A stretch of 64,000 nt of DNA from Minisyncoccia bacterium (GTDB lineage: Bacteria; Patescibacteriota; Minisyncoccia; UBA6257; 2-01-FULL-56-20): NCBI GenBank assembly GCA_049997875.1, contig JBEKRC010000001.1, positions 172,609 through 236,608 on the forward strand, written 5' to 3'. The notes below the pieces were generated by a model. The model made no database searches and was not told where the DNA came from. It saw only the letters and a list, made by a program, of their open reading frames with translations. The position numbers were made by a program, and so were the translations under genes. Shown here one piece after another: positions 58,750-64,000 of the stretch (the first letter of the stretch is position 1; each line of letters starts with the position of its first letter).

Positions 58750-59619
58750 ATGAAAAGCATCGTTCCACGAGAGGTTATGCGCGGGCAGGAGAACTGGTTG
58801 AAGAGAATCATCAAAAATAACCACACTCTCTATTCTGCGGTCTATAAGCTCACGAGGTGCAACTATCCACTCTATGTCCTCAAGAACCTGAGGATGGATA
58901 CCGATAAGCTATTCAACAACATTGCCATTGAGACCGTTTCCGTCTGCAACCGCAGGTGCCCCTTCTGCCCGATGAGCAAGGATTCAGGACCGAAGGGACT
59001 GATGCCGGAGAAGCTTTTCGACAAGATACTCAAGGAATTGAAGGAACTCAACTTCAAGGACAGGGTAGCGTTCAGCAACTACGGAGAGCCTTTGCTTGAT
59101 ACCCGCCTCCCGAGATTCGTAAAGAAGGTGAGGGATGAGCTTGATCCCGCCATCATCTGGGTTTCCACGAACGGGGACTTCCTTACTTCAAAGAAGTTCA
59201 GGGAGCTGGTAACTGCTGGGATGACCGTGTTCCATGTCGCCCAGCACGATGCGGAGCCTTCAGAGGCGGTTAAGGAACTCTTCTCTGTCATTACTAGGGA
59301 TGAATGGAAGTATATCTCTTATGAGGTAGTGGGGGAGAACACGGTCACCCTCAACAACCGCGCAGGCTCTGTGGATGTGGAGACGTTCTATCCCTTCAAC
59401 TGTGCACCCCAGTACCTTATAGTCCGATGGAACGGCGAAGTGTGTATGTGTTGCAACGACTACTACAACGAGGTGAAGCTCGGCAACATAAACGATGAGA
59501 AGCTCATAGATGTTTGGAACAAGCCTTTCTACCGGAAGATCAGGGACGATATAAAACGCGGCAAGTTCAATCTTGATATCTGCAGGAGGTGCTTAGGCAT
59601 AAAAAGCATGAAGAAATGA
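58750..59619 (+). CDS. radical SAM protein with C-terminal SPASM/twitch-like Cys cluster
   Basis: CNRRCPFCPM (CxxxCxxC), GEPLL, and C-terminal C...CMCC...C..C. Lower GC than flanks. Confidence 0.7.
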   Translation: MKSIVPREVMRGQENWLKRIIKNNHTLYSAVYKLTRCNYPLYVLKNLRMDTDKLFNNIAIETVSVCNRRCPFCPMSKDSGPKGLMPEKLFDKILKELKELNFKDRVAFSNYGEPLLDTRLPRFVKKVRDELDPAIIWVSTNGDFLTSKKFRELVTAGMTVFHVAQHDAEPSEAVKELFSVITRDEWKYISYEVVGENTVTLNNRAGSVDVETFYPFNCAPQYLIVRWNGEVCMCCNDYYNEVKLGNINDEKLIDVWNKPFYRKIRDDIKRGKFNLDICRRCLGIKSMKK

Positions 59620-59659
59620 GCGAATACCCCTGCAACTTTCATAAGGACGGCAACTGCGT

Positions 59660-59850
59660 GAAGAGGAGTGGCATACTGAACGTTTCGGCTACAAACCGCA
59701 GGCCATTTTCGATCTCCTCTCTGGACTTGGGTATCGCGCTTTTGCAATTGCTACCGATGGCAGATTAATCGAAGAGTTCGACGTAAAAGTGCTCCCGCCG
59801 GGAATGACATACAGCTATTATTTCAAGCACGCAGAAAGCCCATCGCGCTA
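59660..59850 (+). pseudogene. 3' fragment of an FkbM-family methyltransferase paralog
   Basis: Translates to EEWHTERFGYKPQAIFDLLSGLGYRAFAIATDGRLIEEFDVKVLPPGM, matching the C-terminus of the 48897-49496 product (QEWHTERFGHKPKAVFDLLAGLGYRAFAMGSDGKLTEEFDPAVLPPEL). Confidence 0.45.
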
Positions 59851-60855
59851 GCCGAGCTTTCTTGGATAACATATCAGATCGGCTTCGTAGCCCTTCTTTA
59901 GTTCGCAGGCATATTCCGGAACAAAAGAGCGGAGGATCGCCGGAAGCGCTTTTTTATCTCCCGGGTGGTGATATGCGGACATTGCAATAGTAGGTCTCCA
60001 TTTTTGGATCGTCTCCCGTGCGCCATTGAGGATCTGTTTTTCATACCCTTCGGTATCGATCTTGATAAAGTCAACCCGCGGGACATTCTCTTCCTGAATG
60101 AATTGGTCGAGCGTTGTGATACTGGCCTGCTTCCCTTCTCTCATGTCGCGCAAGCCGCTATCTTCAAATGTAGTTCCATGAATAGTCTTTTGAGCGACAG
60201 CGTCGCCAAGGCCCAGTTCGCGGCAAGAAACGTTTTGTAGGCCCTTCATATTTTCCTTCAGAATAGCGAACACATCTGGCGCTGGTTCAAATGCGTAGAT
60301 TTTTGCATGCGGCGCGATATGAGAAGCGAAAGCAGAAAAAGTCCCGATATTGGCGCCAGCATCAATGACTACGGCTCCCTCCTTGAGGTAATCAGCTATA
60401 TGGTATTGGTCAAATACAATCACCTCAAAAAGCAAGATTGCCAGATAGTGGTACCCGCCTCCTTCTCGTCCAAAGAGTGGGAGCCGGAAAGGACGATCGT
60501 ACAACATCAGTGAACCATCACGGGTGAGGAACGGAGAGAATTCAGCTTTTGCCTCCGTGTCAAGAAATTTCCAGAATTTATCCTGTAGTTCCCTGGAGCG
60601 GAATTCCCCGGGGAGCATTAAACGAATCACCTCCACAAAAGAAAAATGTCCCTTCCGAAGGCCGTACAGCGAGAGGAGCCTGCTCGTGATGAACGGAGGA
60701 AGTTTTTTTTCCTCCCGTAAGGTGGTAAAAACAAATGATTTGAACCGTCCTTCTTTCAGAAAAGCTATGACGTCCATGATTTTAGATATGATAACTCGGA
60801 ACCGCTCGATTTCATAATTGAACACTTTCAAATCTTGTGATAGTATAATGCTCAT
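59848..60855 (-). CDS. FkbM-family methyltransferase
   Basis: VIDAGANIGTFSAFAS ... AMSAYHHPGDKKALPAILRSFVPEYACELKKGYEADLICYP. Confidence 0.7.
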   Translation of the reverse strand: MSIILSQDLKVFNYEIERFRVIISKIMDVIAFLKEGRFKSFVFTTLREEKKLPPFITSRLLSLYGLRKGHFSFVEVIRLMLPGEFRSRELQDKFWKFLDTEAKAEFSPFLTRDGSLMLYDRPFRLPLFGREGGGYHYLAILLFEVIVFDQYHIADYLKEGAVVIDAGANIGTFSAFASHIAPHAKIYAFEPAPDVFAILKENMKGLQNVSCRELGLGDAVAQKTIHGTTFEDSGLRDMREGKQASITTLDQFIQEENVPRVDFIKIDTEGYEKQILNGARETIQKWRPTIAMSAYHHPGDKKALPAILRSFVPEYACELKKGYEADLICYPRKLG

Positions 60856-61806
60856 ATGTCAAAGAAAACCATTCTCGTAACCGGCGCGGCCGGGTTTATC
60901 GGCAGCAATCTTGCGGATCGCCTTATTAAGGAGGGATATGCGGTCATCGGCATTGATGATCTTTCCGCTGGCGTTCCGGAGCAGGTGCCGAAAGGGGTGG
61001 AGTTTCGCAAGGCGGACATCCGGTCCAAGGATATTTTCCCGATCGTAAAGAAGGCAGATGTGGTGTTCCATCTTGCGGCAAAGAACTCCGTCGTCATGTG
61101 CCAGAGGGACCCGTACGATACCGCTGACGTGAACGTGATGGGGACGCTGAACGTCTTTGAAGCGTGCCGCGCGGCGGGGATCAAGCGCGTGATTTATGCG
61201 GAAACGTCGGCGATCTATGAAGGAACGAAAACCTTGCCGACGCCCGAGACCGATTTCACTCCGCAAACATTTTACGCCATTTCAAAGGCTTCGGATCATT
61301 TGTTTGCGAAGGCCTACGGAAGTGAATTTGGCATGGAGATGGTCGGCTTGCGGTATTTGAACGTTTACGGACCTCGCCAGGATTACCGGCGCGCGATACC
61401 GCCCGTGATGACGCGGTTCATCATCCGCCTCTTGATGGGCGAGCGTCCGCCGGTCTACGGCGACGGGAGCGAGCGACGCGATTACATCCACGTGGACGAC
61501 GTGAACGATTTCCACGTGCTTTGCATTGGAAGCGACAAAGTGGCGGGGCGGGTTTTCAATTTGGGTTGCGGGAAGAACTATGCCATCCTGGAAGTGCTCG
61601 CCATGATCCAAAAAATATTAGGGACGAACATTAAACCGGAATTCGTCCCCAACCTCCCCGGAGCGGCGCCCGCAAATCTCGCCGACATCACGGCTGCCCG
61701 GAGCGTCGGTTGGGAACCGAGGGTGGGGCTGGAAGAAGGGCTGCGGGGAGTGGTAGACTATGTAAAAGCAGAAATAACGAAAGGCAATATCACCCACTCA
61801 ATATGA
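60856..61806 (+). CDS. NAD-dependent nucleotide-sugar epimerase/dehydratase (extended SDR)
   Basis: ILVTGAAGFIGSNLADRL ... YAISK. Confidence 0.8.
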   Translation: MSKKTILVTGAAGFIGSNLADRLIKEGYAVIGIDDLSAGVPEQVPKGVEFRKADIRSKDIFPIVKKADVVFHLAAKNSVVMCQRDPYDTADVNVMGTLNVFEACRAAGIKRVIYAETSAIYEGTKTLPTPETDFTPQTFYAISKASDHLFAKAYGSEFGMEMVGLRYLNVYGPRQDYRRAIPPVMTRFIIRLLMGERPPVYGDGSERRDYIHVDDVNDFHVLCIGSDKVAGRVFNLGCGKNYAILEVLAMIQKILGTNIKPEFVPNLPGAAPANLADITAARSVGWEPRVGLEEGLRGVVDYVKAEITKGNITHSI

Positions 61807-62789
61807 TTGTCACGCGAACACCGTTTAGAATAACGCTCGGCGGCGGCGGCACCGACCTTCCTTCATATGCTTCAAAATACGGCGGTTTCATTTTCGCCGT
61901 AGGGCTTAACAAGTACATGTTCGTGGACGTGAACCGTCCGGCTGCCGACGATTTGATCCGCCTCAAATATTCCGAGTCGGAAACGGTAGAGGCGATAAGC
62001 GAAGTTCAGCACGAACTCGCGCGGGAAGTGTTCCGCCTTACCGGCATTGAAAAAAATATTGAAGTAAGTTCGGTTGCCGATATCCCGGCGGGGACCGGCC
62101 TCGGATCTTCAAGTTGCTACGTGGTGGGATTGCTCCATGCGATCCACACCCTGAAGCGCGAGTACATGACCCTGGAGCAGCTCGCCGAGGAGGATTTCAA
62201 AATTGAAGCAGAGATATTGAAGCGTCCGATCGGGAAGCAAGATCCCTATCTCGCGGCATTCGGCGGCCTCACCGTGCTTGAGATAGCGAAAGACGGGAAA
62301 GTGAAAGTGCGAAAGGCGAACGTCTCCATAGAGGTCGCCGACGAACTCAATCACAACATGCTCATTTTCTTTACTGGCAAGACGCGGAGCGCCGAGACGA
62401 TCCTTACGGAGCAGTCAAAGAGCGTGAAAGAGGAAAAGAAGGACGTTGTGGAAAGCATGCATTATATCAAGGAGCTCGGATATGAAATATTGGAGGCAGT
62501 AGAGGCAGGCAACGTTGACGAAGTGGGGAGGAAGTTCCACGCGCATTGGCAGCACAAGAAGAAGATCTCAAGCAAAATGACGAATCCGGAGCTGGACAAG
62601 ATCTACGATAGTGCCGTCCGCCACGGCGCCCTCGGCGGCAAGATCTCCGGCGCCGGAGGGGGAGGATTCTTCACCTTTTATGTTCCCGGCGACCAGCGCG
62701 ACTTCCGCGCGGCTATGCGGGAATTCGGCCTCCGCGAACTTCGCTATCGCTTTGATTTTGAGGGGTCAAAGGTTTTGGTTGACTTTTAA
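61803..62789 (+). CDS. GHMP-family sugar kinase (heptose-7-phosphate kinase-like)
   Basis: PFRITLGGGGTDLPSY and PAGTGLGSSS GHMP motifs. Confidence 0.75.
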   Translation: MIVTRTPFRITLGGGGTDLPSYASKYGGFIFAVGLNKYMFVDVNRPAADDLIRLKYSESETVEAISEVQHELAREVFRLTGIEKNIEVSSVADIPAGTGLGSSSCYVVGLLHAIHTLKREYMTLEQLAEEDFKIEAEILKRPIGKQDPYLAAFGGLTVLEIAKDGKVKVRKANVSIEVADELNHNMLIFFTGKTRSAETILTEQSKSVKEEKKDVVESMHYIKELGYEILEAVEAGNVDEVGRKFHAHWQHKKKISSKMTNPELDKIYDSAVRHGALGGKISGAGGGGFFTFYVPGDQRDFRAAMREFGLRELRYRFDFEGSKVLVDF

Positions 62790-62799
62790 CCCTGCCGAG

Positions 62800-63633
62800 A
62801 TGAAGCTCCGCGAGAAGGTTGCCATTGTGACCGGCGGATCGCGCGGCATTGGGAAGGCAATCGCCGAATTTTTTTGCCGCGAGGGTGCCCTGGTGATTAT
62901 TTTTGCGAGGGATCGCCGCGAGATTGCGCAGGCAATAAAAGAAATTAAGGAAGTGACGGGGCGGACGGCGGTCGGCTTCGCATGTGATGTTTCGGATTAT
63001 CCTTCCGTAAGGCGAGCCGTTGCGAACGTCGCCAAGAAATTCCACCGGATTGACGTACTGGTAAATGCCGCGGGCATCCAGCCGCCCATCGGACCATTCG
63101 TTACGAACCGCACGGAGGATTGGGAAAAGAATGTGGCCATTAATCTTTTCGGCACCGTCCATATGTGCCATGCGGCGCTCCCGTTCATGATGAAAAAGAA
63201 AAAAGGATCCATTGTTAATTTCTCCGGCGGCGGCGCAACGTCGTCCCGCCCGAATTTCTCCGCGTATGCGGTTGCGAAGACGGGTGTTGTAAGATTTACC
63301 GAGATTCTTGCGGATGAGCTCAAACCATTCCGCATCCGGGTGAATGCGATCGCGCCGGGCGCGGTGAATACCAAAATGCTTACGGAGGTGCTTAGGGCAG
63401 GCCGCCGCGCGGGAGAAAAGGAACTTGCGGAGGCGAAGAAGAGGGAAAGAGCGGGCGGAACATCGCCGGAATTGGCGGCCGCACTCGCGGTATTCCTCGC
63501 CTCAAGCGCCTCAGTGGGGCTCACCGGCTGCCTCGTGAGCGCGGTGTGGGATGGTTGGAGCCAGTGGGGCAAAAAAGATATCAAAAAAATAATGTCTTCT
63601 GATGCGCTCAAATTGCGAAGAATGAAGATATGA
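62800..63633 (+). CDS. SDR-family short-chain dehydrogenase/reductase
   Basis: VAIVTGGSRGIGKAIA, NAAG, and YxxxK region. Confidence 0.8.
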   Translation: MKLREKVAIVTGGSRGIGKAIAEFFCREGALVIIFARDRREIAQAIKEIKEVTGRTAVGFACDVSDYPSVRRAVANVAKKFHRIDVLVNAAGIQPPIGPFVTNRTEDWEKNVAINLFGTVHMCHAALPFMMKKKKGSIVNFSGGGATSSRPNFSAYAVAKTGVVRFTEILADELKPFRIRVNAIAPGAVNTKMLTEVLRAGRRAGEKELAEAKKRERAGGTSPELAAALAVFLASSASVGLTGCLVSAVWDGWSQWGKKDIKKIMSSDALKLRRMKI

Positions 63634-64000
63634 CCATGAATCCGAAAACACTGCGCATAGGGATCGTGGGTGCCGGGCTCATCGGCGGCAAGCGCGCCTT
63701 GGCTATCAAGCATACCGGGAAAGGAATTCTCGCTGCGGTTGCCGACGTCAATCAAAAAAGCGCCGAGGCGCTTGCGGCGAAGTACGGCGCTTCTGCGGAA
63801 ACGGATTGGAAGAAACTTATCGCCCGGAAAGATATTGACGTTGTGGTCGTCGCGGTACCGAACGCTTTTACGAAAAAGATCGTCATTGCGGCCCTCCGGC
63901 ATGGGAAGCACGTGCTTTCCGAAAAGCCGTTTGGCATCAATGCGAAAGAGGCAAAGGCGATGGCGGAGGCGGCGCGGAAAAGCCGTTGCGTGGCAAAAGC
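63630..64000 (+). CDS. Gfo/Idh/MocA-family oxidoreductase (5' part; continues past window end)
   Basis: LRIGIVGAGLIGGKRA ... VVVAVPNAFTKKIVIAALRHGKHVLSEKP. Confidence 0.7.
   Translation, partial: MTMNPKTLRIGIVGAGLIGGKRALAIKHTGKGILAAVADVNQKSAEALAAKYGASAETDWKKLIARKDIDVVVVAVPNAFTKKIVIAALRHGKHVLSEKPFGINAKEAKAMAEAARKSRCVAK

Noticed and set aside
61805-63631. Apparent +1 coordinate offset between my manual base counting and the ORF track around 62787-62803
   Set aside because: It is a counting or formatting artefact, because hand counts agree with the track at 61803 and 63631. ORF-track coordinates were used for gene ends.
1-64000. CRISPR arrays
   Set aside because: No regularly spaced short direct repeats were found anywhere in the window.

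Overview
This is a 64-kb window from a fairly GC-rich bacterial genome with small-genome, CPR/Patescibacteria-like features: PolX, RNase Y, RNase J and compact operons. The organism assignment is inference only.

Backbone genes: ruvA, a MurE-like Mur ligase, infC-rpmI-rplT, smpB, argS, ileS, trpS, rnj, gpmI, secG, tadA, ybaK, a family-4 UDG, and a ClpA/B-like AAA+ protein. RNA genes: tRNA-Arg(CCG), tRNA-Leu(CAG) and tmRNA.

There are three accessory regions:
- Positions 1-2610 hold a complete diversity-generating retroelement (DGR). It has a target gene with a 3' variable repeat (VR), a template repeat (TR) that differs from the VR at 16 positions, all TR adenines, an Avd-like gene on the opposite strand, and an RT with the DGR-specific LGxxxSQ motif.
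- A small island sits directly 3' of tRNA-Arg (about 7985-10530). It contains three decayed copies of the tRNA 3' end. It carries a ClpP/SppA-fold serine protease and an operon of two paralogous small proteins followed by a minimal caspase-like (HG...ACRAG) protease. A palindromic operator plus sigma70 promoter module drives that operon and is duplicated about 2.4 kb away.
- A repeat-rich island sits 3' of tmRNA (about 20960-26180). It has decayed tmRNA-3'-end-like repeats, six copies of a tandem 8-9 bp motif, and small hypothetical genes, including a stand-alone sigma70 region-4 protein.

The last about 18 kb (45.8-64 kb) is a cell-surface glycan locus. It contains an O-antigen-ligase-like protein, four glycosyltransferases, gmd, an epimerase, a GHMP kinase, an SDR, and at least five FkbM/SAM methyltransferase paralogs. 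It also carries paralog debris, an IS200-like tnpA remnant and an inserted radical SAM/SPASM gene.

The most unusual sequence-level signal is a pair of about 150-nt structured elements in divergent intergenic regions (40275-40420 and 44064-44223). They share a roughly 80% identical core in opposite orientation, with multiple compensatory base-pair changes. Each is closed by its own perfect 27-28 bp inverted repeat, and the two repeats are unrelated to each other.

IleRS also carries an approximately 200-aa histidine-phosphatase (RHGE) domain inserted in its catalytic core.
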